Assembly: GCA_944390685.1 (NCBI GenBank)
Contig: CALXQL010000006.1
Span: 24,108 to 88,107, forward strand
Direction of reading: 5' to 3'
Source of the DNA: an uncultured Alphaproteobacteria bacterium
Lineage (GTDB): Bacteria; Pseudomonadota; Alphaproteobacteria; Rs-D84; CACZYB01
Length of the DNA: 64,000 nucleotides
Shown: positions 18,154 to 28,941 of the stretch, one piece after another
Numbering within the stretch: the stretch's first letter is position 1
Layout of the letters: every line of letters begins with the position of its first letter
Notes under the pieces: model-generated
What the model was told of the DNA's origin: nothing
Databases searched by the model: none
The model's input: only the letters and a program-made list of their open reading frames with translations
Program-made: the position numbers and the translations under genes

Positions 18154-18912
18154 CTTTTTTTTGACTTCTTGCACATCTTCCCATACTTTTTGTTTTACTT
18201 CACGAATACCTTGTTTTGATGTATTTAAAGTATATTGTAGTGAAAATGTAGGCAGAACTGGAATACCTTTAAAATCATACCATTTCCCACGAATGGAAGT
18301 GATAGAATCATTATTATTTAATATTAAAGAAGAAGGCAAACTTCCAAACAATAATATTACCTTTGGTTTTAATAACTCTATCATCTTATATATAAATGGT
18401 TTTATAGTTTGCATTTCTTCCATAGTTGGAATGCGTCCACCAGCAGGTCTATAAAACATAGATGGTGTTGCATACGTATTAGTATCAAGTGAACAATTTA
18501 TAGCGGATAATATACGAATCAAAAGTTCACCCGTATCCCCAACAAATGGTGTGCCTGTTTTATCTTCTTGATTATTTGGAATTTCCGTTATCACAAATAA
18601 ATCTGGATTTATTGAATTTCCCTTTCCGTATATGGTAGAAATACTTTTATCCTTTAATGGACAATGTTGAAAATTTTTTATTACCTCTATCAATGTATTG
18701 AAATCTTTTACCTTTGATGCGGTTTCATTTGCAATTTCATTTATTTCATTTATTGATATTACATGTTTTTCTTTTTTAAAATTTTCATCAAATATTTGTG
18801 AGATGTTTTTATTATTATCTTGATAAAAATTATATGGTTTATCATGGTATGACTCATCTATACCTGATTCAATATATAACTCCAATAAATTTATATCATC
18901 AATTTCATTCAT
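18142..18912 (-). CDS. Uracil-DNA glycosylase, family 4-like, with an N-terminal extension of about 90 aa
   Basis: EIPNNQEDKTGTPFVGDTGELL is family-4 UDG motif A, with the FGSLPSS region. The 4-Cys cluster of classical family 4 is not evident. Confidence 0.6.
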   Translation of the reverse strand: MNEIDDINLLELYIESGIDESYHDKPYNFYQDNNKNISQIFDENFKKEKHVISINEINEIANETASKVKDFNTLIEVIKNFQHCPLKDKSISTIYGKGNSINPDLFVITEIPNNQEDKTGTPFVGDTGELLIRILSAINCSLDTNTYATPSMFYRPAGGRIPTMEEMQTIKPFIYKMIELLKPKVILLFGSLPSSLILNNNDSITSIRGKWYDFKGIPVLPTFSLQYTLNTSKQGIREVKQKVWEDVQEVKKKLTN

Positions 18913-19729
18913 TTATTATTATTGTATCCATAGTATTACAATTTAAGTTATTAAACTCTAATAATGCATTATTTTTTATTATATTATTTGCTTCTTCAGA
19001 ATCTAATATAGTTTTAAATGATTGGCAAGATTCAATTTGGTGGCCTAATTTAGATAAAGATAAACCTAAATAATAAAGACTATTATATAAATTTTCGTCA
19101 TCAGGATAGGTTTTTAGTAATTCAGCAAATTTATTAGTAGATTCTTTGAAATCATTATTGTTATAACTTTTTATACCTTCATCATATAAAATTTGGGCTT
19201 CATTTTTAAATGTAGGTGTGGGTGTAGGTGTGATAAGTAAATTATCACTTGGTTGATTTGGTAAAATATTATTATCAATGTTATTTGTGTCCAAAAGACT
19301 TAATGGTTCCGATGTCGCAATTGTGGACATCGTATCATTTAATTTTAACATATTATCTTGAAGTGTCATCATATCCGCCTTTAATGAAGTAGTCATATCA
19401 TCTTTTAATAATTGCGTGATATTTTTAAGATTTTGCATTTCCAATTCATATTGCGCCATTTTTTTATTATTTTCTTCTTGGCGTTTTTTCAATTCCTCTA
19501 TGTTATAATTTAATTGTTGTATTATAGATGAGGTTTCTCTTCTTAATTGTGCTTGATTATAATTACTTTGTTCTGTTGCATTGGTTATAGATTTTATTGT
19601 ATCTTCCAAATCAGATAATTTCATTTCAATATTTATAAAAGCATCATCATCTTTGCTTGATTGTATTGTTTGTGCAAATGTAGATTCAATACAGAAAAAA
19701 CTTAATACAAAAAATATAATATATTTCAT
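18905..19729 (-). CDS. Tol-Pal system protein CpoB/YbgF-like (signal peptide, coiled coil, C-terminal TPR)
   Basis: Signal peptide MKYIIFFVLSFFCIESTFAQ, coiled-coil heptads, a PTPTPT linker, and C-terminal TPR-like ILYDEGIKSYNNNDFKESTNKFAELLKTYPDDENLYNSLYYLG. Confidence 0.5.
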   Translation of the reverse strand: MKYIIFFVLSFFCIESTFAQTIQSSKDDDAFINIEMKLSDLEDTIKSITNATEQSNYNQAQLRRETSSIIQQLNYNIEELKKRQEENNKKMAQYELEMQNLKNITQLLKDDMTTSLKADMMTLQDNMLKLNDTMSTIATSEPLSLLDTNNIDNNILPNQPSDNLLITPTPTPTFKNEAQILYDEGIKSYNNNDFKESTNKFAELLKTYPDDENLYNSLYYLGLSLSKLGHQIESCQSFKTILDSEEANNIIKNNALLEFNNLNCNTMDTIIINE

Positions 19730-19801
19730 AGGTTCCCCCTTATTTTTATTTAATATTAAAATATTATATTTATATTGGCAATAAAAAATAAGTGGTAAGG
19801 T

Positions 19802-21772
19802 TTAAATATCTAAATCTGTTGTAAATTTGGCTCCTTCTTGTATAAATCTAAATCTATATTCCGGATTTTTTCCCATAAGATTTGAAACAAGTGTTTTTGT
19901 ATTTTGAAGATCTTCCATTCCCTCTTCTGTTTTAGGGGGAATTTCAATTTTCAATAATGTTCTGGTTTTTGGATCCATTGTTGTTTCTTTTAATTGCGAA
20001 GGCATCATTTCCCCTAGCCCTTTAAAACGATTTATTTCAACCTTTTTACCTTTAAACTTTGTTTGGATTATTTTATCCTTTTCTTCATCACTCATTGCAT
20101 AAAAATATGATTTTCCATCCGTAATCTTAAATAATGGAGGAAGTGCAATATATAAATGTCCGTGTTCAATCAATGTTGGCATTTGTTCAAAGAAAAATGT
20201 CATAAGTAATGATGCAATATGCGCCCCATCCACATCAGCATCGGTCATTATTATTATTTTATCATAGCGCAATTTTTCTTCATTATAATCACGACCAGTG
20301 CCGCAACCTATTGCCTCAGTTATATCTTGAATTTCCTTATTGGCATTTAATTTTTCATTGGAAGAACTTGCAACATTTAATATTTTTCCACGAAGTGGTA
20401 GTATCGCTTGAGTTAGACGATTCCTTGCTTGTTTTGCGGAACCGCCAGCGGAATCTCCTTCCACAATAAAGATTTCAGTGCCTTGTCTATCCTTACTTGA
20501 ACAATCCGCAAGTTTTCCAGGTAAGCGAAGTTTTTTTGTTGGTGTTTTTCTTATAGTTTCTTTTAATTTTTTTAATTTCAATCTAGCTTCACTTTTTTCA
20601 ATTATATAATCAAGCAATTGATTAGCACGTGCCGGATTAGATGTTAAGAAATAATCAAAATAATCCTTTATTGCATTATCAACTAAACGAGTAGCTTCAC
20701 TTGATGAAAATTTATCCTTTGTTTGTCCTTGGAATTGTGGATTTTTGAAAAATAATGATAAAATCACAACTGCATCATCAAATATATCTTCATTTATTAT
20801 ATTAGTAAATTTTTTATTACCTATCATATCGGCAAATGACTTTAATGATCTTGATATAGCCGATTTAAAACCAGTTTCATGGGTTCCACCTTCAGGAGTT
20901 GGAATAGTATTACAATAGGAATTAAAAAATCCACCTTCATTCCCATCTTCATGTGGGGTATCAATCCAAGTAATGGCACATTCCACCTTTCCCATATCAT
21001 TTGCAAGATTTGATTCAGTATAAAATATTTCATCAATAACCTTTGGACGGGATTTTATTGTTTCACTTAGAAAATCCTTTATCCCCTCTTTAAAACATAA
21101 AATTGTTTCATGAGGAACATTCATATCGCTAGTTAATAATTCTTCATCACATTTCCAATTTATTTTAACCCCTTTGAACAAAAAAGCCTTTGAACGAATC
21201 ATGCGATAAAGTTTTAATGGCTTAAATAAATTTGTTTGACCCAAAATATCAGCATCAGGTTTGAATGTGATTTTTGTTCCAGTTTTTTTTGTTTTACCAA
21301 TTTGTTCCAATTTGGATGTAGGTATACCCCTTGAATAAGTTTGCTTATAGATACCACCATCCCTTGATACTTCAATATCCATAAATTCGGATAAGGCATT
21401 TACAACACTTGAACCGACACCATGTAATCCACCGGAAGTTTGATAAATTTTATTTGAAAACTTTCCACCACTATGAAGAGTCGTTAAGATAACTTCCAAA
21501 GCCGATTTATCCGGATATTTTGGATGATTATCAACTGGAATACCCCTTCCATTATCGGTAATAGTAATTGTATTATCCCGTTTTAATTCAACCCATATTT
21601 CATCAGCAAAGCCTGCACCAACCTCATCCATTGAATTATCAACTATTTCACTTACAAGATGATGAAGTGCAGTAGAGTCAATTCCCCCTATATACATACC
21701 TGGACGAAGGCGAACCGGCTCCAATCCTTCTAATACTTGAATATCCTTTGCTGAATATGAATTATTTGTCAT
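19802..21772 (-). CDS. parE: Type IIA topoisomerase ATPase subunit B, most likely topoisomerase IV ParE (no GyrB-type insertion)
   Basis: 656 aa. Has GLEPVRLRPGMYIGG, the GHKL ATPase, the Toprim motif EGDSAGGSAKQARNR, and PLRGKILN. This length fits proteobacterial ParE. A short GyrB cannot be excluded. Confidence 0.7.
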   Translation of the reverse strand: MTNNSYSAKDIQVLEGLEPVRLRPGMYIGGIDSTALHHLVSEIVDNSMDEVGAGFADEIWVELKRDNTITITDNGRGIPVDNHPKYPDKSALEVILTTLHSGGKFSNKIYQTSGGLHGVGSSVVNALSEFMDIEVSRDGGIYKQTYSRGIPTSKLEQIGKTKKTGTKITFKPDADILGQTNLFKPLKLYRMIRSKAFLFKGVKINWKCDEELLTSDMNVPHETILCFKEGIKDFLSETIKSRPKVIDEIFYTESNLANDMGKVECAITWIDTPHEDGNEGGFFNSYCNTIPTPEGGTHETGFKSAISRSLKSFADMIGNKKFTNIINEDIFDDAVVILSLFFKNPQFQGQTKDKFSSSEATRLVDNAIKDYFDYFLTSNPARANQLLDYIIEKSEARLKLKKLKETIRKTPTKKLRLPGKLADCSSKDRQGTEIFIVEGDSAGGSAKQARNRLTQAILPLRGKILNVASSSNEKLNANKEIQDITEAIGCGTGRDYNEEKLRYDKIIIMTDADVDGAHIASLLMTFFFEQMPTLIEHGHLYIALPPLFKITDGKSYFYAMSDEEKDKIIQTKFKGKKVEINRFKGLGEMMPSQLKETTMDPKTRTLLKIEIPPKTEEGMEDLQNTKTLVSNLMGKNPEYRFRFIQEGAKFTTDLDI

Positions 21773-21878
21773 AATAGATTTCCTTTTTTCTTCTTTATAA
21801 ACTATAAAATTTTATTTGAAAAAATCAAGTTTTTTAATATAATTTGCTTTATTCTTAATAATTTTAAAGGAGCGTAAA

Positions 21879-23522
21879 ATGAATTTTCAAGAAACTCAAT
21901 CTTTCAATCTTCTTAAAAAACACAAAGTCTTTTTAGATGATTTTTCAATTATGGATTTATTTAATCAAAATCCAGCCAGATTTGAAGAATTTTCGACAAG
22001 TCTTGGGGATATTGTTTTTGATTATTCCAAAAATAAAATTGATAAAAAAGCTTTGGATTTTTTATTTAAAATTGCAAATAATCTTAATTTAAAAGAAAAA
22101 ATTCAAGATATGTTTAATGGTGTAAAAATAAATACTTCCGAAAATAGAGCTGTGCTACATACTTTGCTCAGAGATAATATATCAAAAAATATAATGGTTG
22201 ATGGGGTAAATGTTATTGAATATATCAAACTTAATTATCAAAAAATGATAAATTTTGCAGATGATGTTCAAAAAGGCATTTATAAGGGTATTAAAGGTGA
22301 TAGAATTTTAGATGTCGTAAATATTGGTATTGGTGGATCATATCTTGGCTCTAAAATGGTTATAGAAGCTTTAAAACCTTATAAAACTCCTCTTATCAAT
22401 TTTCATTTTATTTCAAATATTGATTCTACTGATTTAACCGAAGTATTAAAGAAAATTGAACCAGAAACTACTTTATTCATTGTTTCAAGTAAAACTTTTA
22501 CGACAGATGAAACTATGACTAATGCCTTATCCGCGAAAGAATGGCTTGTCAATAAATTAGGGGAAAAAGCTGTCAGTAAACATTTTTGTGCCGTTTCAAC
22601 AAACAAAAAGGAAATTGCTAAATTCGGTATAAATCCCGATAATGTTTTTGAATTTGGTGATTATATAGGGGGAAGGTATTCTTTGTGGTCTCCTATTGGA
22701 CTTCCTATTTGTATTGCAATTGGTAAAAATAATTTTCAAAAATTATTAGATGGGGCAAGTATTGCCGATGAACATTTTAAAAATTGTGATTTTGAACATA
22801 ATATTCCTGTATTAATGGGATTGATTTCCGTTTGGAATGTTAATTTTATGAATGTGGTTGCTGAAGCTGTATTGCCTTATGATAATTATTTGAAATTTTT
22901 ACCTATGTATCTTCAACAGCTTGTTATGGAAAGTAATGGTAAATCAGTTGATAGGCAAGGCAATTTCGTTCAATATCAAACCTCTCCTATCATATTTGGA
23001 GATGAGGGAACCAATGGTCAACATTCATTTTATCAATTATTGCATCAAGGAACTGAAAATATTTCTTGTGATTTCATTTTACCTATATTTTCTCATAATG
23101 AAGTTGGTGAACATCAACTTAAATTACTTGCCAATGGAATTGCCCAAAGTGAAGCATTGATGAAAGGAAAGTCCAAAGAAGAAGCTTTCGATGAAATGGT
23201 AAGTCAAGGTATCTCACAAGATAATATTTCAAAGTTATTACCTTATAAAGAATTTAAAGGTGATAGACCTTCAAATACTTTCTTAATAAAACAAATTACT
23301 CCTGAAACATTAGGTATGTTGGTTGCATTTTATGAACATAAAACTTTTGTAGAAGGTGTGTTATGGGATATCAATTCTTTTGATCAATTTGGAGTTGAAC
23401 TTGGAAAACAACTTGCAAAAAATATTGTAAAGGATTTGAAAAGTGATGAAGGCATTAGTAAACATGATTCTTCTACAACTGGTATCATTACTATGGTAAA
23501 AGCTTTAAGAAATAATAAATAA
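21879..23522 (+). CDS. pgi: Glucose-6-phosphate isomerase
   Basis: 547 aa with IGIGGSYLG, FIVSSKTFTT and GQHSFYQLLHQG. Confidence 0.9.
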   Translation: MNFQETQSFNLLKKHKVFLDDFSIMDLFNQNPARFEEFSTSLGDIVFDYSKNKIDKKALDFLFKIANNLNLKEKIQDMFNGVKINTSENRAVLHTLLRDNISKNIMVDGVNVIEYIKLNYQKMINFADDVQKGIYKGIKGDRILDVVNIGIGGSYLGSKMVIEALKPYKTPLINFHFISNIDSTDLTEVLKKIEPETTLFIVSSKTFTTDETMTNALSAKEWLVNKLGEKAVSKHFCAVSTNKKEIAKFGINPDNVFEFGDYIGGRYSLWSPIGLPICIAIGKNNFQKLLDGASIADEHFKNCDFEHNIPVLMGLISVWNVNFMNVVAEAVLPYDNYLKFLPMYLQQLVMESNGKSVDRQGNFVQYQTSPIIFGDEGTNGQHSFYQLLHQGTENISCDFILPIFSHNEVGEHQLKLLANGIAQSEALMKGKSKEEAFDEMVSQGISQDNISKLLPYKEFKGDRPSNTFLIKQITPETLGMLVAFYEHKTFVEGVLWDINSFDQFGVELGKQLAKNIVKDLKSDEGISKHDSSTTGIITMVKALRNNK

Positions 23523-23546
23523 ACTCCCAATTGGGAGTTTTTTTAT
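23520..23546. terminator. Bidirectional rho-independent terminator between convergent pgi and alr
   Basis: Perfect 18-bp palindrome aactcccaattgggagtt (23522..23539), flanked by A-run and T-run. Confidence 0.65.
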
Positions 23547-24736
23547 ATCAAATATTTTGATTGAAAGACTTTAAATTCATCAACATCTAAATCAATTGCA
23601 TTCATATTATTCCTTGTCAAATCACATATAAGTTCGCATGGAATAAACCCATTTGATGAACGAAAATCCATAATATTGGCATTTTTACCCACAACTTCAA
23701 CAAAATAACGATATTGCAGATAATCATCTGGGATATGTGTTATATCAATTATTGTATTATTCATTGAAATAATGCCAATAACTGGACATTTATATTTGCC
23801 TAAACACATATAAGATTTTGTAAATCCAGCACCAGAATGTAATTTTGCCCTTATCCTATCAAAAAATTTATTGGTTTTAGAAAGAGAACGAGAATAACCA
23901 TCCTTATATCCTATATTGATTACAGCAACTTTCATATTATGAAGGGCCCTATATCCACCAAAATATCCAATGGTTTCACCCATTTTCACTTTTCTTATTT
24001 GTAAAATCTTTGCATATACAGAATAAACACTTTCCATTGATTTTTTCATACCATATAGTCCATATCCCATACGGATTATATCAAAATGATATTCAGATGG
24101 AAGATTAAATGCTCCACCTGTTGCAGAAAGACTTACCTTTGCCTTTGGCAACAATTTCAAGTATGATTTTAAAATTTCCAATTGCTTTTTATTATTTTTA
24201 TCATTTTTATTATATGAACTATGAAGATGACTTATATATAAAACAATTTCCAAATTTGATGTGTATTCATTCCATTTATCGGATAATTCCTTTACATCAT
24301 TTTTACTTAATCCAGTTCTATTCATACCTGTATCAAAATGTATTGCAAATTTTGCCTTACAATTTTGTTTCTTTGCAGTTTGATTATAATATTTTATTTG
24401 ATTAAGACTTATACAAATAGGTATCAATTTATTGTTTATAAATGTTTCCGCTTGATTATTTTGAACCCCAGAAAAGGTATAAATATTTACTTCATCCCTT
24501 ATTATTTTACGGGTTTTTAGCGCCTCTAATATATCTTGGCAAAAATATTCGGTGATACCATTTTCCTTTAAGATAGGTAATACCTTTTTTAATCCTATAC
24601 CATAGGCATCCGCTTTTACAACTACACCCAATTTATCCCCAAATTCTTCCTTTGCCTTTTTCACATTTTTATCAAAGGCAATGTTATCAAATACCCTTAT
24701 TAAATCATAATTATCAAAAGTATCATTTTTTTCCAT
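23543..24736 (-). CDS. alr: Alanine racemase
   Basis: 397 aa. VVKADAYGIG is the PLP-Lys motif. A C-terminal beta domain follows. Confidence 0.8.
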   Translation of the reverse strand: MEKNDTFDNYDLIRVFDNIAFDKNVKKAKEEFGDKLGVVVKADAYGIGLKKVLPILKENGITEYFCQDILEALKTRKIIRDEVNIYTFSGVQNNQAETFINNKLIPICISLNQIKYYNQTAKKQNCKAKFAIHFDTGMNRTGLSKNDVKELSDKWNEYTSNLEIVLYISHLHSSYNKNDKNNKKQLEILKSYLKLLPKAKVSLSATGGAFNLPSEYHFDIIRMGYGLYGMKKSMESVYSVYAKILQIRKVKMGETIGYFGGYRALHNMKVAVINIGYKDGYSRSLSKTNKFFDRIRAKLHSGAGFTKSYMCLGKYKCPVIGIISMNNTIIDITHIPDDYLQYRYFVEVVGKNANIMDFRSSNGFIPCELICDLTRNNMNAIDLDVDEFKVFQSKYLI

Positions 24737-24853
24737 TTTTTACCTCTTTTATTTTATTTAATATTATCCTTTTTTATTAAATATACAAGTCAAAACTTTT
24801 TATTGATATATATTAGTTTTTCTTATACAATAATCTAGTTATAATAAAAGGAT

Positions 24854-27793
24854 TTGAATATGAAACTATCTAATATATTAAGTAATATTGAATACTCTTC
24901 TATAAATTTTAATGATATTGATATAAAAGGTGTAGAAAATAACTCATCTAAAATTAAAGACGGGTATATTTTTCTTGCCATTAAAGGAAATAATTTTAAT
25001 GGTGTAGATTTCATCCAAAATGCAATAGATAATGGTGCTGTTGCTATAATCGTTGAAAAATCAAATTCTTTAAATACTGATTTATATCCAAATACTACAA
25101 TCATTTTTGTTGATAATATAAGGATTGTGGAATTCAAACTTGCAAGTATCTTTTACCCAAATAATATAAAATCTATTGTTGCAGTAACGGGAACCAATGG
25201 TAAAAGTTCGGTCGTAAATTTCGTAAGACAAATGTGGACTTTCCTTAATATAAAATCAGCTTCAATTGGAACTTTGGGTGTGCAAACGGAAAATAATGTA
25301 GGGGGAAAATCTTTAACCACACCAGATGCAATTGAACTTCATAAGCATTTACAAAAACTTGATAATGATGGTATTACAAATGTTGCATTAGAAACTTCTT
25401 CTCATGGCATATCTCAACATAGAGTAGATGGAATTAAAATAACAGCTGCTGCATTCACCAATATTTCAAATGACCATCTTGATTATCATAAAACCATTGA
25501 TGAATATTTTAATGCTAAATTAAGATTATTTTCTCAATTGCTTGATAAAGATGGTGTTGCAGTTATCAATATTGATGATGGATATGGGCTTAAAGTAGTT
25601 GATGTATGTAAAAATAGAGGTATTAAAGTCATAGCCTATGGTAAAAATGATAATGCTGATATAAAATTTATTGATTATAAGATAGAAGATGATTTCCAAA
25701 AGGTGAAAATTTCAGTATTTGGTGAAGAATTTAATCTCACTCTTAATCTTATTACCGAATTCCAAGTATACAATCTGCTTTGTGCTTTGGGCTTATTTAT
25801 GGCATCTGTTGATGATTGGAAAAAAATTCTTCCTTTTTTAAGTTCCATTAAAAATGAAAAAGGTAGAATTGAATATGTTGCTACTACACCAAATGGGGCA
25901 AAAATTTATGTGGATTTTGGCCATAATGGTGATGGACTTAAAAAAGTATTAACTCAATTCAGACCTTATGTAAAACAAAATCTTATTTGTATTGCTGGAT
26001 GTAGTGGCAATAGACCTGAAATTCGCAGAATTGAAATGGGACAAGTTTTAAATCAATATGCAGATAAAGTCGTCATAGTTGATGATAATCCTAGAAATGA
26101 AGATCCAAAAGTCATTAGGGATACTTTATTCAAATATTGCCCAAAAGCTATGGTCATACCTGATAGGTATAAGGCTATTGAAGAAGTAATTGATACTTCA
26201 AGAGTTTGGGATAGCATTATAATTTGTGGAACTTTATTTGAAAAAGATAAGGAATTCATTAGGGAAAAATTAAAACCTCAAATGCGAAAACTTGATGAAT
26301 TATTACATGATGCAAATATCAATATTACAAATGTTCCAAGTATTCCTATATATAATGTATCTTCTGATTCCAATAATATAATTGATGGTAGTATTTTTGT
26401 TGGAATTAAAGGATTTAATCTTGATGGGGCTAATTTCTCATTTGATGCAATAAATAAAGGGGCAAAAGTTATTGTAGTTGCAAAAAACTATAATTTTGAT
26501 GATAAAACTCTTAATTTAATTGATGAAAAAAATGTAATTGTTATAAAAGTGGATAATACAAGAAAAGCTTTTGATGATTTGATGTTTGCCTTTTATAATA
26601 AAACTCAACCTGATACAATTGTCGCTGTAACAGGAAGTAGTGGTAAGTCTTCTGTTGTTGATTTTTGTCGTCAAATTTGGGGCTTGATGAAGCTTCCTGC
26701 AATAAGTTCTGGAACCATTGGAATTATTGCTGAAAATGTTTATTCAAAAAAAGAAATCATTAAATACAATGATGCTGATTATACCACACCTGGAAATGGT
26801 GAAGCATATAAAATGTTTAAATATTTTAAAGAAAAAGGTGTAAATTATGCTGCAATTGAACTTTCATCTCATGGTCTTGATCAACTTCGCATGAATAATC
26901 TTAAAATATCTTCCGCCGGATTTACAAATCTTGGCACTGATCATATGGATTTTTATGGCGGTGCAGAAAAGTATTTGGAATCTAAATCTAAATTATTTAA
27001 GGAAAATTTGGATATAAATGGAACTGCTGTTTTAAATGCTGATATTGATGAATATTCATATTTAAAAAATATTTGTGATGAAAGAGGGGTTAAATCCATA
27101 TCTTATGGTAAAAATGGTAAAGAACTAAAAATCATCTCGCAAGAAGTTTCTTTAAGCGGTCAAAAAGTGGAAATTGAACTTTTCGGTAAAAGGTATAAGT
27201 ATGATTTAAAAATTTTAGGTTCTTTCCAACTTTATAATCTTCTTTGTGCCATTGGTTTGGTCGCATCTTCCACAAATAATTGGCAAAATGTATTACCTAT
27301 GCTTGATAATGTAAGAAATGCTATGGGTAGATTGGAATATATGGGCAAAACAAAAAAAGGTGCCTTCATTTATATTGATTTTGCTTATAAAGGTGATGCT
27401 TTATTCAATACATTAAAAACTCTTCGTTCCATGAGTGATAAAAAAATTATATGTGTATTTTCTACTTGTGGTGATGTATATGAAACTCGTAGAAGACAAG
27501 AATTAGGACAAGCAGCTCAAGAACTTTCCGATATTGCTATATTAACTGATGATAGCCCTAGAAATGAAGATCCTCAAAAAATAAGAAATGAAGTATTGGC
27601 TTATTGTCCAAAAGCAATTGAAATAAAAACTGGTAGAAAAGATGCTATTCGTAAAGCTTTTGAATTAGCAGGTTGTGATGATATCATTTTGATTGCTGGA
27701 AAAGGTCATGAAGATTATATCACTATTAAAGATAAAAACATACCTTATACAGATCAAAATTCTGTTATAGAATTATTAAAAGAAGAGATTTAA
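24854..27793 (+). CDS. murE: Tandem fusion of two complete MurE-type UDP-MurNAc-tripeptide ligase modules (979 aa)
   Basis: Module 1 (about aa 1-475) has VTGTNGKSS, TTPDA, ETSSHGISQHR, FTNISNDHLDYH, DFGHNGD and DDNPRNED. Module 2 (about aa 478-979) has VTGSSGKSS, TTPGN, ELSSHGLDQLR, FTNLGTDHMDFY, DFAYKGD, DDSPRNED and AGKGHEDY. Both N-termini align (MKLSNIL... and MRKLDELL...). The MurF-specific features (NxNNxIG, DDSYNAN) are absent from both. Confidence 0.8.
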   Translation: MNMKLSNILSNIEYSSINFNDIDIKGVENNSSKIKDGYIFLAIKGNNFNGVDFIQNAIDNGAVAIIVEKSNSLNTDLYPNTTIIFVDNIRIVEFKLASIFYPNNIKSIVAVTGTNGKSSVVNFVRQMWTFLNIKSASIGTLGVQTENNVGGKSLTTPDAIELHKHLQKLDNDGITNVALETSSHGISQHRVDGIKITAAAFTNISNDHLDYHKTIDEYFNAKLRLFSQLLDKDGVAVINIDDGYGLKVVDVCKNRGIKVIAYGKNDNADIKFIDYKIEDDFQKVKISVFGEEFNLTLNLITEFQVYNLLCALGLFMASVDDWKKILPFLSSIKNEKGRIEYVATTPNGAKIYVDFGHNGDGLKKVLTQFRPYVKQNLICIAGCSGNRPEIRRIEMGQVLNQYADKVVIVDDNPRNEDPKVIRDTLFKYCPKAMVIPDRYKAIEEVIDTSRVWDSIIICGTLFEKDKEFIREKLKPQMRKLDELLHDANINITNVPSIPIYNVSSDSNNIIDGSIFVGIKGFNLDGANFSFDAINKGAKVIVVAKNYNFDDKTLNLIDEKNVIVIKVDNTRKAFDDLMFAFYNKTQPDTIVAVTGSSGKSSVVDFCRQIWGLMKLPAISSGTIGIIAENVYSKKEIIKYNDADYTTPGNGEAYKMFKYFKEKGVNYAAIELSSHGLDQLRMNNLKISSAGFTNLGTDHMDFYGGAEKYLESKSKLFKENLDINGTAVLNADIDEYSYLKNICDERGVKSISYGKNGKELKIISQEVSLSGQKVEIELFGKRYKYDLKILGSFQLYNLLCAIGLVASSTNNWQNVLPMLDNVRNAMGRLEYMGKTKKGAFIYIDFAYKGDALFNTLKTLRSMSDKKIICVFSTCGDVYETRRRQELGQAAQELSDIAILTDDSPRNEDPQKIRNEVLAYCPKAIEIKTGRKDAIRKAFELAGCDDIILIAGKGHEDYITIKDKNIPYTDQNSVIELLKEEI

Positions 27794-27911
27794 AAAAAGG
27801 GGATATATTTCTATAATCCCCAGTGTCTTTTGTTATTTTGTTATTATTTTACCCCTCTTTAAAAAGGGATAATTTTATTATATATTATTATTCTAATATA
27901 TGCAATATATA

Positions 27912-28469
27912 TTAGAATGTTTTTACATTTTCTTTTAAATATTTTTCCAAAACTTTATTATCTTCTCTACTATATAATATTGCTTTTAAAATATTTGTTG
28001 ATATTAAATATTTAATATCATCTGTAAATTCTTCTCCTTTGAATTTCAATTCTTCATCATGGACAATAGTATTTAAAATCATAGATGCAATAGTATCTAT
28101 CTTTGGCAAATATTTTTTTAATCCATCATATAATTTTATTCTTTTTTCCCTAATATTACTTAAATTGTTTGTTCTCATAACATTTTCTATAGTTGTTATT
28201 ATTTCAGTTATTTCATTTAACACTAATTTATCTGTTTTAGTATTTTGTTCCGTAGAACCAATCATATTTGAAACATTATTTAACATTTCTGATAAATTAT
28301 CTTTGGAAGATTTTGAATTTAATGATTGTTTAACTTTTTTATCGCTTAATAATAATTTTATTTTTTTAAATGGATTTTTTGAATGCATGTCTTGCAAATC
28401 CTCATAAGTAGCATTAAGAGAAGCTTGTTCAGCATCATAAAAATTATCTGGATATTTTATCTTTTTCAT
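27912..28469 (-). CDS. Hypothetical protein (185 aa)
   Basis: ORF with no signal peptide and no recognised motif. Confidence 0.4.
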   Translation of the reverse strand: MKKIKYPDNFYDAEQASLNATYEDLQDMHSKNPFKKIKLLLSDKKVKQSLNSKSSKDNLSEMLNNVSNMIGSTEQNTKTDKLVLNEITEIITTIENVMRTNNLSNIREKRIKLYDGLKKYLPKIDTIASMILNTIVHDEELKFKGEEFTDDIKYLISTNILKAILYSREDNKVLEKYLKENVKTF

Positions 28470-28517
28470 GGCGGTATCCTTTTATTATTTAATATTATCT
28501 ATAATTTATCCACATAT

Positions 28518-28847
28518 TTATATTTTTGTCAAGGTATTTTTACAATTTATTTGCAAACTTCCATCAGATTCAACACAATTATTTTCTACCCACTTATCAC
28601 AAGCATTTTGATCCTTATAATTACAACAATACATTTTATTAAGATTGCATTGTTTCAGATATAATTCATTTTGTATTTGATTAAGGAGTAAATCTACCCT
28701 TTTTTGTTCATTTGATTTTTGAATTATGTTATATGTTATATAGGCAACCAAAATTATACATAGTATTAGTAAAAAGTTAGTTAATTTTTTATTGGCTATA
28801 AATCTTTGTTCTTTGATTTCATCTTCTAATGACATACGTTTTACCAT
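28518..28847 (-). CDS. Small membrane-anchored Cys-rich protein (109 aa)
   Basis: TM anchor FLLILCIILVAYITYNII followed by an 8-Cys tail (CNLNKMYCCNYKDQNACDKWVENNCVESDGSLQINC). Confidence 0.45.
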   Translation of the reverse strand: MVKRMSLEDEIKEQRFIANKKLTNFLLILCIILVAYITYNIIQKSNEQKRVDLLLNQIQNELYLKQCNLNKMYCCNYKDQNACDKWVENNCVESDGSLQINCKNTLTKI

Positions 28848-28941
28848 TTTGCCTCCTATTTACTATTATGAATAAATAGTAATTTTTCAATATATTAAAA
28901 TCAATAGGAAAAAATATGCCGAAAAATGTAGATTTTTTTAG

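Noticed and set aside
19802-21772. Calling this gene gyrB
   Set aside because: At 656 aa it lacks the ~170-aa insertion of proteobacterial GyrB. In a diderm with alphaproteobacterial gene order this length fits ParE, so it is called parE with reduced confidence.
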